A stretch of DNA of 64,000 nucleotides from an uncultured Planctomycetaceae bacterium (GCA_963785305.1 CAWAUV010000004.1:128001-192000), one strand, 5' to 3'; counted from the stretch's first letter, positions 45,501-56,509 are shown. Numbers and translations: made by a program. The notes: generated from the letters alone by a model not told the origin.

Positions 45501-45902
45501 GGTTCGCAATAACGAGGTGAAGGGATGAATCGAACCCATGCCATCGCAACCGGCGCTGGCGCCGCGCCGCTCCGTCTTCAGACGACGCCTTGCGACATCG
45601 CCCCCCTTGCTTCGCTAAAACTTCGCCTCCAACAGACTCGTTAAAGGACACGCGACTTCAAACTCCCAAACAAGCTCGGCGAATTGAGCAAACCTTCGCG
45701 GGCGAGTGCTCCACGGAGCCATGCGGGCGGGCCCCTTGAATCTTTCAAGGCGCGAGTAATACTGCGGATGTTTCAAATGCGATTGCCCTGAGTTGGGCTC
45801 GCCTTTTTCCAAGACCCGTTTTTTTTCGCCGCCGGGAAATCACGCGACTTCGAATGGCGCCAGCGAAGGGCTTGGCGCGAATCCATTTTTCGAGATTGCC
45901 GA

Positions 45903-47595
45903 ATGCCGCAAGCCCCCCCAATCGATACGGCGGCCGTGAATGCGAGCAGGTTCGATCGCATCGGGGTTTGGAATCTTGCGCAGGCGGTCTTGCTGCTGGC
46001 GATCGCCGGCTATTTCTGCCTCACTTGGCGAACGGTCCATCACGATTGTTCGCTGGGCATGCAGTACGCGCAGCTCATTCTCGAGGGGCAGACGCCATTT
46101 GTCGATTTCTTCGACACGAATCCGCCGGCGGTCATGTATCTGAATGTCCCGCCGGCCGCGCTGGCGGCTTGGCTGGGCATCGACGCGCGGATCGCGTTCT
46201 ACGCTTATGTCTATGCAATGCTCGTCGGCTCGACTTGGCTCATCGGCTACTTGCTCCGACGACTAAGGCCGGCGCTCGAACCGGCCGAGATCGGAGTGCT
46301 CGGCTTGGCGTGGCTCGCGGCCACGCTCAATGTGGTGCGCGCCGGCGAGTTTGGGCAGCGCGAGCATATGTTCATATTAGCCGCCGGGCCGATGTTCTTT
46401 TTCGCGTGTTGCGACGCGAAGGCGTGACGGCGCCGGTCTGGCTCGCCCTGGCGATGGGCGCCGCGGCTTCGGCCACGGCCTGCCTGAAGCCGCACTTCAT
46501 CATGATTTTGGTGATCATCGAACTTGCGTTGCTCGTGAAGTCGCGCGATCCACGTTCGCTGCTCGATCCCGAGGCGATCGCGTTCTTCGCCGTGATTCTC
46601 GCGTATCTCGGCCACTGGCTGCTTTTGCCGGCGGCGGCGCGGCATTATTTCTTTGGGCGCCATCTGCAACTGATTGCCGCGGGCTACTCCGTCTATGCGC
46701 GGCCGCTCGAATGGGTATTCCGACGCACTTGGTTGCATTTGCTGCTGCCTCTTGGCGCGATTGTGTCGGCGACTTTCGGCATTTGGCGGGCGCAAAGGTC
46801 TTTCATGCGGCGGTTGATGACTTCGCTCATCGCCGGCATCATGGGCGGGCTCATCTCGTACATGTCCCAACAAAAGGGGTGGAGTTATCATCGCATTCCG
46901 ATGGTCTACTTTTCGATCCTCGCGATCGCCGCGGTTTATTGCCAAGGGATTCACCAGCTGTTTGTCTCGGACCGCCGGCGGCTGCGCCGCGCGGTTGTCG
47001 CGGCGCCACTCGTGGCGACGCTCTTGAGCGCCGGTGGAGTGTTCGCGCTGGTCCATCGCCGAAAGCGATCGACCGTGGGGTCGAGGATCTCGAAGCGCTG
47101 ATGCTCAAGGAGACCAAGCCCGGCGATCAGGTCCTATTCGTCGCCACCGCGATCGAACCTGCTTATCCGCTGGTGTTCAATCTCGATCGGCGGCCGGGCT
47201 CTCGCTATCCCGCTAGTTTTCCGATCGCCTTCAGCTATGCCGACGTGCCGCGTGACGCGCCAGCCGCCGAGATCGACTATCGGGCACATGCGCGCGAAAA
47301 CTCGCTCGAACAGGAATTCTTGGAAAGTCTGCGCGACGACATTCGCGCGTGTCGGCCGCGCATGGTTTGTATTCAGGACGCCGAAGACCGCATGGCCCTA
47401 CCGATCCACTTCAATATGCGAACCTATCTCGATCAGACCGGCATCGTCGCCCTGTTGCGGGAACTCGGCTATCGCGAGGAATCGCTCCGCGAGCATTGGG
47501 CCGCGTTCGTTGCCCCAGGACGCTCGAAATGCGATGGGCCCCGCCACGACCCGCGGGAACTGGACTCAAAAGACGGGGAACGGGCCCGCGGATAA
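45903..47595 (+). CDS. Polytopic membrane protein, GT-C-fold glycosyltransferase-like, paralogue A; frameshifts near 46403 and 47060
   Basis: After TM1 comes HDCSLGMQYAQLILEGQTPFVDFFDTNPP (a D...G..P+.D...PP loop). Further motifs are FGQREH, CLKPHF and QQKGWSYH, with a soluble C-terminal domain. Confidence 0.7.
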
Positions 47596-47937
47596 TGGCC
47601 CCGTGGAAAGCCGCCTGTCGAGATCGTCATCAGTTTATATACTCGTCCTCAGGTTATTATTGGGAGAGCGTCTTTTCGGAGCAGGTCGGATTGTGCGATT
47701 CCACCGTTTACAGCGGGCCGATTTCGCGCCGCCGCCAGGAATTTCGCGAGTTTTTCGCCGTGATGCTTCCATGGCTCGCCGAAATAAATCGCGCGAAGTG
47801 AATGGGGATCGCGGGGATGGTTAATCGCGGTCGTGGCGGCCTCGGTAGCGGATCCAAAGAACTTCGTCGAGCCCACGCCGCGCCGTCTCGCGTCGAGCGA
47901 GAGGGCGGCGCCGGTCAGGCATTAACACTTGGGACTG

Positions 47938-49567
47938 ATGGGGATGTCGAAAACAGAGGCCATCGATTCGCGGAAGGACGTTGCGACCGCGCTCGATCGC
48001 CATCGAGTCTGGAATATCGCTCAGGCCGTCCTGCTTTTGGCGATCGCCGGTTACTATGTCTTCACATGGCGGACGATCAATCACGACTGTTCGCTGGGCA
48101 TGCAATACGCGCAGCTAATCATCGAAGGTCAAACGCCGTTCGTTGATTTCTTCGACACGAATCCGCCGGCGGTCATGTATTTGAATGTCCCGCCGGCCGC
48201 GCTGGCGGCGTGGCTCGGCATCGATGGCCGTATTGCTTTCTATATCTATGTGTATGCCATGCTCGTCGGCTCGACATGGCTCATTGGCTACTTGCTGCGG
48301 CGACTAAGGCCGGCGGCTCGAGCCGGCCGAGGTCGGAGTGCTGGGCTTGGCGTGGCTCGCGGCCACGCTCAATGTGGTGCGCGCCGGCGAATTCGGGCAG
48401 CGCGAGCACATGTTTATATTAGCCGCCGGGCCGATGTTTTTCTTGCGAGTGTTGCGGCGCGAAGGCGTGACGGTTCCGGTCTGGCTCGCCCTGGCGATCG
48501 GCGCCGCGGCTTCGGCCACGGCCTGTCTGAAGCCGCACTTCATCGTGATTTTGGCGATCATCGAGCTCACGCTATTGTTCAAGTCGCGCGACCCACGTTC
48601 GCTGCTCGCTCCCGAGGCGGTCGCGTTTTATGCGGTGATTCTGGCGTACCTCGGCCACTGGTTGCTATTGCCGGCGGCCGCGCGACAATATTTTTTTGGG
48701 CGTCATCTGCAACTCGTCGCGGCCGGTTACTCCACCTATAACGCGCCGCTTGAATGGGTGCTGCTATGGGCATCCCGGAAGTATTTTGTGTTCGCGGTGA
48801 GTGCTATCGTGCTCGCGGCCTTCGCGATGTGGAAGGCTCGGCGGCCGTTTATCCGGCGGTTGCTGCTCGCGACTATCGCCGGCATCGTGGGCGGGATCAT
48901 ATCGTATGTGACTCAGCACAAGGGCTGGAGTTACCATCGCATTCCGTTTGTCTGCTTTTCGATTTTTACCCTCGCGGCGGCCTATTGCCAAGGCATTCAT
49001 CGGCTTTCCGGTTCGGATCGCCAGCGACTGCGCCGAGCGGTTATCACGATACCGCTGATGGCCGCGCTCGTCGGCGCGTCCGGCTTGTTTGCGTTGATCT
49101 CTCGCATGAAAGCGATCGATCGTGGCGTCGAAGATCTCGAAGCTCTGATGATCAAGGAAACCAAGCCCGGCGATCAAGTTCTGTTCGTCTCTCCTTTAAT
49201 CCAACCCGCGTATCCGCTCGTGTTCAATCTCGACCGGCGGCCGGGATCGCGCTACCCAGCGAGTTTTCCGATTGCTTTCAGCTATGGAGATGTGCCTCGC
49301 GATGCTCCAGCCGAAGCGATCGACTACCTGGCTCACGGCCGTGGCAGTCCGCTCGAGCAGGAATTCTTGGAAAGCCTGCGGGAAGATATTCGCAAGCGCC
49401 GTCCACGCATGGTCTGCATTCAAGACGCCGAGGAATGCTACTCGCTGCCGGTTCACTTCAATCTGCGGGTTTATCTCGAGCAAACCGGGATCGTCGCCCT
49501 GCTTCGAGAACTGGGATATCGCGAGGAATCGCTCCGCAACCATTGGGCCGCCTTCATCGCCCCGTGA
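47938..49567 (+). CDS. GT-C-like membrane protein, paralogue B; frameshift near 48317
   Basis: Same motifs as paralogue A (HDCSLGMQYAQ, FGQREH, CLKPHF, QHKGWSYH, RRPGSRYPASFP). Confidence 0.7.
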
Positions 49568-49784
49568 GGCATTACTCGCTCGGAAATTTGCTACCGGACG
49601 TGAGGCGGCTCCGCCGGGCGCCCGGGCTAAATTTTGCGACTTTTTATTCGCAACAGTTCCATTGCGCGGGAAATAGCGCAAAGTAAATTCAGGGAACCTC
49701 GCGCTCGCGAGCCAGCCTCCCTCGAAGTCAACACCCCCTGAACCGGCCTTCTTTCTCCCCTTTTAACTTGCCTGGAGTCTTTCA

Positions 49785-51155
49785 ATGAGCGAACCGAAGT
49801 CGGGCGCCACGCGGCGCGAATTTCTCGGAACGACCACGCGAGCCGCCGCCGCCGCGACTCTGGTCGGCACAGTCATTCCCAAGGTGCATGCCGCCGAAGA
49901 CAACACGATTCAAGTCGCGCTGATCGGTTGCGGCGGGCGCGGCGGCGGAGCGGCGGCCAATGCGCTCGGCGTGAAGAATGGCCCGATCAAGCTGGTGGCG
50001 ATGGCGGATGTTTTCGAAGATCGCCTGAAAAACGCCCATCATCATCTCTCGCAACAAAAGGCCAGCCAGGTCGATGTGCCCGACGATCGCAAGTTCATTG
50101 GTTTCGATGGTTATCAGAAGGCGATCGACTGCCTCAAGCCCGGCGATGTGGCGATCTTTGCCACCCCGCCCGGCTTTCGCTGGGTGCATTTTGCCCATGC
50201 GATTCAAAAAGGCGTGAATGTCTTCATGGAAAAGCCGGTGACGGTCGATGGGCCGACGTCGCGCAAGATGTTCACCTTGGCCGAAGAGGCCGGAAAAAAG
50301 AACCTCAAGGTGGGCGTCGGCCTGATGTGCCGCCACTGCGAGGCCCGCGGCGAGCTCCATGACCGCATCAAGCAGGGCGAAATCGGCGATATCACCACGC
50401 TGCGGGCATATCGCATGAGCGGCCCGATCGGCTCGGCCTTCTCCGGTCCCAAACCGCAGGGCGCCAACGAACTGCTTTGGCAAATTCAACGGTTCCACAG
50501 TTTCTTGTTCCTCAGCGGCGGGTGCTGGAGCGATTTCATGATCCACAACATCGATGAATGTTGCTGGATGAAAGACGCTTGGCCGGTCAAGGCCCAAGCG
50601 CTCGGCGGACGCCACTATCGCGGTGAAAACGTGGATCAGAACTTCGACCACTATGCCGTCGAATATACGTTTGCCGATGGCGCCAAGCTGTTCGTCGATT
50701 GCCGCAATATCGCTAGCTGCCACGATGAATTCGCCAGCTATGCGACCGGCACGAAGGGCTCGGCCATCATCTCCACCAGCAGCCATAGCCCGGCCAAGTG
50801 CCGCATCTTCAAAGGTCAAGACGTCACGAACAAGGACAACCAGACCTGGGCCTTCGGACGCCACGAGCCGAATCCCTACGATCGGGAATGGGAGCACTTG
50901 ATCGCCGCGATCCGCGAGGACAAGCCCTACAACGAAGTGAAACGCGGCGTCGAGGCCAGCCTCGTGACCAGCATGGGCCGCATGGCCGCCCATACCGGTC
51001 AAGTGATCACATACGATCAGATCCTGAATCTCGATCACGAGTTCGCGCCGAGCATCGACCAGTTGGCCATGAACGGCGCGTCGCCGCTACCCGCCGGACC
51101 CGATGGCAAGTACCCCGTGCCGCAGCCAGGCATCACCACCAAACGCGAATATTAA
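49785..51155 (+). CDS. Tat-exported Gfo/Idh/MocA-family oxidoreductase
   Basis: TRREFL twin-arginine signal, ALIGCGGRGGGA, ATPPGFR, VFMEKP and IHNIDE. Confidence 0.92.
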   Translation: MSEPKSGATRREFLGTTTRAAAAATLVGTVIPKVHAAEDNTIQVALIGCGGRGGGAAANALGVKNGPIKLVAMADVFEDRLKNAHHHLSQQKASQVDVPDDRKFIGFDGYQKAIDCLKPGDVAIFATPPGFRWVHFAHAIQKGVNVFMEKPVTVDGPTSRKMFTLAEEAGKKNLKVGVGLMCRHCEARGELHDRIKQGEIGDITTLRAYRMSGPIGSAFSGPKPQGANELLWQIQRFHSFLFLSGGCWSDFMIHNIDECCWMKDAWPVKAQALGGRHYRGENVDQNFDHYAVEYTFADGAKLFVDCRNIASCHDEFASYATGTKGSAIISTSSHSPAKCRIFKGQDVTNKDNQTWAFGRHEPNPYDREWEHLIAAIREDKPYNEVKRGVEASLVTSMGRMAAHTGQVITYDQILNLDHEFAPSIDQLAMNGASPLPAGPDGKYPVPQPGITTKREY

Positions 51156-51193
51156 TCGCGCTCTGGCATCAAGGATGGATCGATGGGGACCAT

Positions 51194-51240
51194 AAGCGGC
51201 GTCGCCGAGTCTTGGGGCTCGCGCGACGCCGCTTTTTTTT
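51194..51240 (+). terminator. Intrinsic terminator
   Basis: gcggcgtcgc-cgagtc ttgg ggctcg-c-gcgacgccgc followed by T8. Confidence 0.85.
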
Positions 51241-51335
51241 GCGATCGTGCTGGCCCCGCGTGGCTTCGCGCCGTGAGACACCACGATCTTGGCGCCTGAA
51301 CCTCATGCGCGGCGGGCTCGCCGGCCCGACGATTC

Positions 51336-52843
51336 TTATTTCCGCGATTTTTCCGCGCGGACCGCGTCGCGCGGCGCCCAGAGGCTGACAACAATGCCCA
51401 ACGCCAGAATCGCGAGCGCTCCGAGTCCGTCGAACTTGCGATGCTGGTAGGAATAAACACAGCCCGACCAGAGCATCCAACTGCTCAACAGGCAAAAGGC
51501 GAGCGGTGTCCACGGATACCAGGGCACGCGATACGCCAAGCCGCGCAGCGTGTTGCGGTCGCTGAGCACGAATACCGCCAAACCGACCAAGGTGAAAAAG
51601 AACCAATAGACCGGCGTATTGAAGATCACGAGCCGCTCGAACGCGTCGCCGCAAGCCGCGGCCCCGCTGTTCGCGGCGCTACTCGTCGCCATGGCGCCCG
51701 TCGCCGCTTCGCTGGGCGCTAGGAACATAATCGCCAGGACCGGAGCAAGCGTCGCCACGGCTTGGGCCGCGAGCGACCAGAGCGGCGTGCCTAGGCGGGC
51801 ATTCCAGCGGCCGAGCAGCGCGAGCAGCGCGTGGTCGGCGCCGAGCGCGTAATAGATGCGCGAGCCGGTGAATATCTGCCCGTTAATCGCGCCAAGCGTC
51901 GACACACAGACCAGCAGGCTGATCGCCCGACCGCCGGCGGCGCCCCAACTTCGAGTCAGCACATCGGCTGCCGCGGCATGCGACGCCTTCAACCCGGCAA
52001 GGCCGAGCGCATGCACAAACGCCAGATTGGCCGCGATATAAATGGTCGTCACGAGCGCGATGCCGCCCAGCAGCGCGGCTAGCAAGTTGCGATTCGGATT
52101 GCGTACCTCGGCCGCCACATAGGCCACCTCGCTCCAGCCGCCATAAGCAAACAGCACGAAGATGAGCGCTAGCGGATAATCGGACTTCATCGGAGCCGCG
52201 GCCGGACCGAGTTCCGCGGAAACCGGCGCCGACACGACGGGCGTCGGCGCAATGGCCTCCGGGCGCTTTCAGCCGATGGGCCCGACCAAGCGACGACAAA
52301 CAGCGCCCCCAGCCCCAGGACCTTGGCCACGGTGAGCACGTTTTGGACCCACTTGCCTTGCCTGGCGCCCAACATGTTAATCACCGAGAGCACCGTGATT
52401 GCGCCGATCGCATAGGCGCCAAAGGCGGCGCTCCCGGCGCCCAAGGGCCAGAGCTCATTGGCATAGCGGGCGAAAATAAAGGCCATCGCTCCAATGGCCC
52501 CCGGCCGCACGATCCAAAACTCGCACCAGGCAAATACAAACGCGACCCGCAACCCGAATGCGCGCTTGAGGTACACATAGTCGCCGCCATCTTCGGGATA
52601 CGCGCAGGCGAGATCGGCGTAGCAGAGCGCGCCGAGCGTCGCCAGAAGACCTCCGAGCGTCCACACCGCAATCTGTGCGGCGAGCCCGTCGACCAAATTG
52701 GCCACCGTGGGCAACGCCTCGTAGATGCCGGCGCCAATGATAATGCCCACGATGATCGACATGGCGTCGAACAATGTGAGCGCGCGGCGCGGAGCGGCGC
52801 GATCGGTCGAGGCGGCGCCGTTTTGCACGAATTCTCCAGACAT
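51336..52843 (-). CDS. APC-superfamily amino-acid permease; frameshift near 52255
   Basis: [54 protein letters not shown] and GSRIYYALG. Confidence 0.9.
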
Positions 52844-53001
52844 GGGCGGAGTGCTTGGGGTTTTTGGGGACAAAGTCGTGTAAGCATAACCGCGATGGGC
52901 CTGGGCCGCTGGACGAAATTTCTTCGGATCGGCCGGGGCAGCCGTGTTGCCGGAAGCGGCCGCGGGCGCGGCAAGGTCCGTCGAACCGGAAAAAATCTGG
53001 C

Positions 53002-53029
53002 TAGACGGCTTTCCAAATCGCGATATGAT
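53002..53029 (+). promoter_or_regulatory. Putative sigma70 promoter of infA
   Basis: TAGACG (53002-53007), 16-nt spacer, TATGAT (53024-53029). Confidence 0.45.
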
Positions 53030-53161
53030 TCTAGGTTGGCCGGCTTTTTTTCCTGGACCCTCGGAAAATCGGGTCGCCTGGGCAGGTGGGGCGCCAGGAA
53101 ATCGCGATGCCCGGCCGTCCCCCCCACAATATCGATCGTCCTATCCATCCAGGAGTTGTTC

Positions 53162-53389
53162 GTGTCGCAGAAACCCAAGGAAGAAGCCCTCGAGGTCGAA
53201 GGCGTAGTGACGCAAGCGCTTGCGAATACTCGCTTTCGCGTCCAGCTCGACGGCGGGCATCTTGTGATCGCCCATGTGGCGGGCAAGATGCGCAAGCACT
53301 TTATTCGCATCGTGCCCGGTGATCGTGTGCGGGTCGAGCTCTCGCCCTACGACCTGACCAAGGGCCGCATCACTTTTCGCGAGCGCTAA
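53162..53389 (+). CDS. infA: Translation initiation factor IF-1
   Basis: AGGAG then [27 protein letters not shown]...[36 protein letters not shown]. Confidence 0.97.
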   Translation: MSQKPKEEALEVEGVVTQALANTRFRVQLDGGHLVIAHVAGKMRKHFIRIVPGDRVRVELSPYDLTKGRITFRER

Positions 53390-53871
53390 TCGCCGCGGCC
53401 CGACTGAAGTCCCTCCCGCGCTTCGACTCGCCGCCGAATCGCGCTCATACCGACAGTCGCGCTTGATCGCCGTATTTTTTTATTCGAGTCTCTGGCAACC
53501 GTTGCTTGTCGCCGAGCAACCATGCTGTTCGAGCCGTAAGCTACAAGAAGCAAAGTCGCGGGGCCTGACGCGTCGTTGGTAGTCGCCGGAGCCCGACGAT
53601 CTTGGCCCTCTTCCCTGGGCGCCCCGATGTGGCCAGAGCCGGGACGCCGACGCGCGGAGCGTCTTTTTTTGCCGCCCTGCTGGTAAATGGCGCGGAAGGC
53701 GCTAAGATTGCGGGCGTCGGATTTTCCGCGGCCTGGTATTTGCCCTCACAAGCGTCAAACTTTTCGCAGTCTTCGCGGGTATAACCTGTCGAATCGCCGC
53801 TATTGAACTTTGGCGAAGCGATCTCCTCTCTAAATGCCGAAAGCACCCCATTTTTCAAGGAGCGATCCACC

Positions 53872-55611
53872 GTGAAGAATTCCCTGTACCGAATTGCATT
53901 GGCCGCGAGTCTGCTCGCGCCGGTGATTGCGGCGATGTTTGCCCCCGCCGCAGCCCTTGCTCGCGATCCGCAACCGGCTCCCGCAGCGGCTGCCCCGGCC
54001 ACTGACGGCGGATGGCAGCAGGTGGCCATGCTCGCGATCGAGCCTTACGACCATTTGCTCAAAGATGTAAACGCCGTGGGCGAATTGATCGAAAACCCAG
54101 GCATTACGGCCGCCAACATCGAAGGCATGATTAATTTCTTCACTCAAGGCCGGGGCATGAAGGGCCTCGACACGACCCGGCCCTGGGGTGTCGTGGCGCT
54201 GACCGACGGCGCGCAATTCCGTTCGATCGGCTTTCTTCCGGTGGTGAGCCTCAATCAATTGCTCACCTCGTTGGGCCCAATCGCGGGCGAATCGCAGCCG
54301 GGCGCCGATGGCGTGATCGAGCTCAAGCGGCCGGATCGCTCGCTCTTCCTAAAGGAATCGGGCGGCTGGGCCTTTATCGCCAGCGCCGCCGAAGAGCTCG
54401 ATCCTCTGCCGGCCGACCCGGGCATCGTGGCCGGTCCGCTCACCAAGTCGTACGACGTGGCGCTGCATGTGCAAGTGAAGAATATCCCGGCGATGTTTCG
54501 CGAGATCGCGGTGGTGTATCTCACGCAGGCCTTCCAAGAAGGCATGAAGCAGCAGCCCGGCGACGATGAAGCGATCAAGGACCGCAAGAAGCTTGTCGAC
54601 GCCCGATTCAAGTCGATCACCGACGCGATCGACGGCGCGGACCGTTTCACGCTCGGCTGGCTGCTCGATGAAAAGACCTCGGGCTCGTCGCTTGAAATCA
54701 AGGTCGACGCCCTGCCCGAGTCGTCGCTGGCGCGTTCTTTCGAGCTCAACAACGGCGTCGCGAGCTCGTTGGGCGGCCTGATGCTGCCGAGCGGCGCCAT
54801 CAACGTGATGTTGGCCAGCAAGCTTTCCGACGAGGAAAAGCCGGAGCGCAGCGCCGAGATCGATGTGCTTCGCGATATGGCGCTCGATAAGATCGACGAC
54901 TGGAACGAAGACAAGGCGTTTGCGAAAGCAACCGAGGATTTGGTCACGGAACTGGCCGACAGTCTGAAACAGACGATCGCCGCCGGCAAGCGCGATGTGG
55001 CGATCTCGGTGATTCCGCGCGATACGTTGTCGGCGATCGCCGGGGCGTTCGTGGCCGATCCCGCCGCGATCGAGAAGTCGTTCAAGAAATTTTCCGCGGC
55101 TGCGGCAAAGAGCTATCCCGGCGCTCCCAAGCCGAAGTTCGACGCCGATAAAGTGGGCGATGTGCGATTCCACACCGTGGCGCTGCCGGTCTACAAGGCC
55201 GACGGGGTGAAGCTGTTCGGCGAGCAACTCGATATCGCGCTCGGCATCGGCCCCCACCACGTGTATCTGGCGGTTGGAAAAGATGGACTGCCCTCGCTCA
55301 AGAAGGCGCTCGCCGCCTCGGGCTCCCAGGGCGAAAAGTCCTCGCCGGCTCAAGCCGTGGTCCAGGTCAAACCGCTCGTGAAGTTTATTTCGAGCAAGAT
55401 CAACGACGACGACCCTAACAAAGTCGGCTGGGATCGCGCCGCCGCCACGATCGAAAAGCTGGGCGACCAAGACCAAGTGCGGCTTGCGGCATCGACCCAA
55501 AAAGCGGAGCTCACCGTGCGGCTCGACGTGGGTCGCGATGTGATTCGGCTCGTGGGCACGATGGCCCAGCCGCCGAAGCCGGCGAAGCGTCCGCGGGCCA
55601 TTCGCAACTAG
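53872..55611 (+). CDS. Secreted hypothetical protein
   Basis: AAGGAG then GTG, signal peptide ending ALA-RD, KGLDTTRPWGVV motif and strongly GC3-biased codons. The stop TAG lies within the CTAG that begins the MITE. Confidence 0.8.
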   Translation: MKNSLYRIALAASLLAPVIAAMFAPAAALARDPQPAPAAAAPATDGGWQQVAMLAIEPYDHLLKDVNAVGELIENPGITAANIEGMINFFTQGRGMKGLDTTRPWGVVALTDGAQFRSIGFLPVVSLNQLLTSLGPIAGESQPGADGVIELKRPDRSLFLKESGGWAFIASAAEELDPLPADPGIVAGPLTKSYDVALHVQVKNIPAMFREIAVVYLTQAFQEGMKQQPGDDEAIKDRKKLVDARFKSITDAIDGADRFTLGWLLDEKTSGSSLEIKVDALPESSLARSFELNNGVASSLGGLMLPSGAINVMLASKLSDEEKPERSAEIDVLRDMALDKIDDWNEDKAFAKATEDLVTELADSLKQTIAAGKRDVAISVIPRDTLSAIAGAFVADPAAIEKSFKKFSAAAAKSYPGAPKPKFDADKVGDVRFHTVALPVYKADGVKLFGEQLDIALGIGPHHVYLAVGKDGLPSLKKALAASGSQGEKSSPAQAVVQVKPLVKFISSKINDDDPNKVGWDRAAATIEKLGDQDQVRLAASTQKAELTVRLDVGRDVIRLVGTMAQPPKPAKRPRAIRN

Positions 55612-55764
55612 CAGCCCGTTGGAAAATGCCATCGTGGCATTTTCCAACCTCGCCAAGCGCCGAGCAAAGCTCGTCGCGGCTCGCAAAATAACGACTTAGG
55701 TCGTTATTTTGACACCGCATCCATGCGGCGGCGCAGCCTGTTGAATATTTCAACAGGCTGCTAG
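55608..55764. mobile_element. MITE-like non-autonomous element with CTAG at both ends
   Basis: Left end ctagcagcccgttggaa versus right end ttcaacaggctgctag (inverted, 2 mismatches). Five internal hairpins and no transposase. Confidence 0.75.
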
Positions 55765-55843
55765 GCGCCAATCCGCGAACTTCGTTGAGCACTCACACTC
55801 CCTCTCCCATACGGGGAGACGGGGGTGTTGTCGGATCGACTCT
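55765..55843 (-). repeat. Palindromic dispersed repeat, copy 3 of 3 (inverted orientation)
   Basis: The reverse complement reads agagtcgatccgacaacacccccgtctccccgtatgggagagggagtgtgagtgctcaacgaagttcgcggattggc, matching 384-461 along its whole length. Confidence 0.8.
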
Positions 55844-56098
55844 AAACAAGCGGCGGCGCTCGATTCGCTCGAGCCCGCCGCTTGTTTTTCGCGTTCAGAC
55901 TCCGCGGAAGCTCGGGGCGCCGCAATAGAACAATCACGAGGGGCAAGGTGCGTTTTCGTTGCTAAGCGGTGCGGTGTCTTTGACATTTTTGCCCCGAGCC
56001 TGTGATAATCACTCTTCGCGGCGGGTCGATTGACATGGGGATCGCCGGGCGAGGGAGACGCGTTGTTCGTGGGTTTCGAGATGGGGAATCGTGGCGAG

Positions 56099-56509
56099 AT
56101 GTCTGAGATATTTGGAGTGGGCGTCGATATCGTCGAGTGTTTGCGGATCGCGCGGATGATCGAGCACCATGGTGAGGCTTTCTTGAATCGGGTCTACACC
56201 GACCACGAGATCGAATATTGCCGCAGCCGCAAAATGGCCACGCAGCATTTCGCCGGTCGCTGGGTCGCCAAGGAGGCAATCGTAAAAGCGCTGGGCTCGG
56301 GCCTACGCTATGGAATGCGGTGGCGCGATATCGAGGTCCACGGCGACCCCCAAGGCAAGCCGGTCGTGGGCATGCGCGGCGCTGCCCGCGATCATGTCGA
56401 AAAACTGGGCATCTCGCAGGTGCTGGTCAGCATTTCCCACTGCCGCACCCACGCCACGGCCTATGCCATGGCGCTCGCCCGGGAAGGTCGCCTGCCCGCC
56501 GACGCCTGA
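56099..56509 (+). CDS. acpS: Holo-[acyl-carrier-protein] synthase
   Basis: GVGVDIVECLRI, FAGRWVAKEAIVKALGSG, WRDIEV, GKP and VSISH. Confidence 0.95.
   Translation: MSEIFGVGVDIVECLRIARMIEHHGEAFLNRVYTDHEIEYCRSRKMATQHFAGRWVAKEAIVKALGSGLRYGMRWRDIEVHGDPQGKPVVGMRGAARDHVEKLGISQVLVSISHCRTHATAYAMALAREGRLPADA

Noticed and set aside
45514..45670. tRNA (GGTTCGATTC on the minus strand at ~45527-45536; gacttcaaa resembling a tRNA-Sec anticodon loop at ~45654)
   Set aside because: The T-stem and anticodon stem do not pair, and no cloverleaf or CCA end can be built.
47929..49567. Second GT-C copy as an assembly duplication
   Set aside because: Many synonymous substitutions, a divergent central block and different flanks show that it is a true paralogue.
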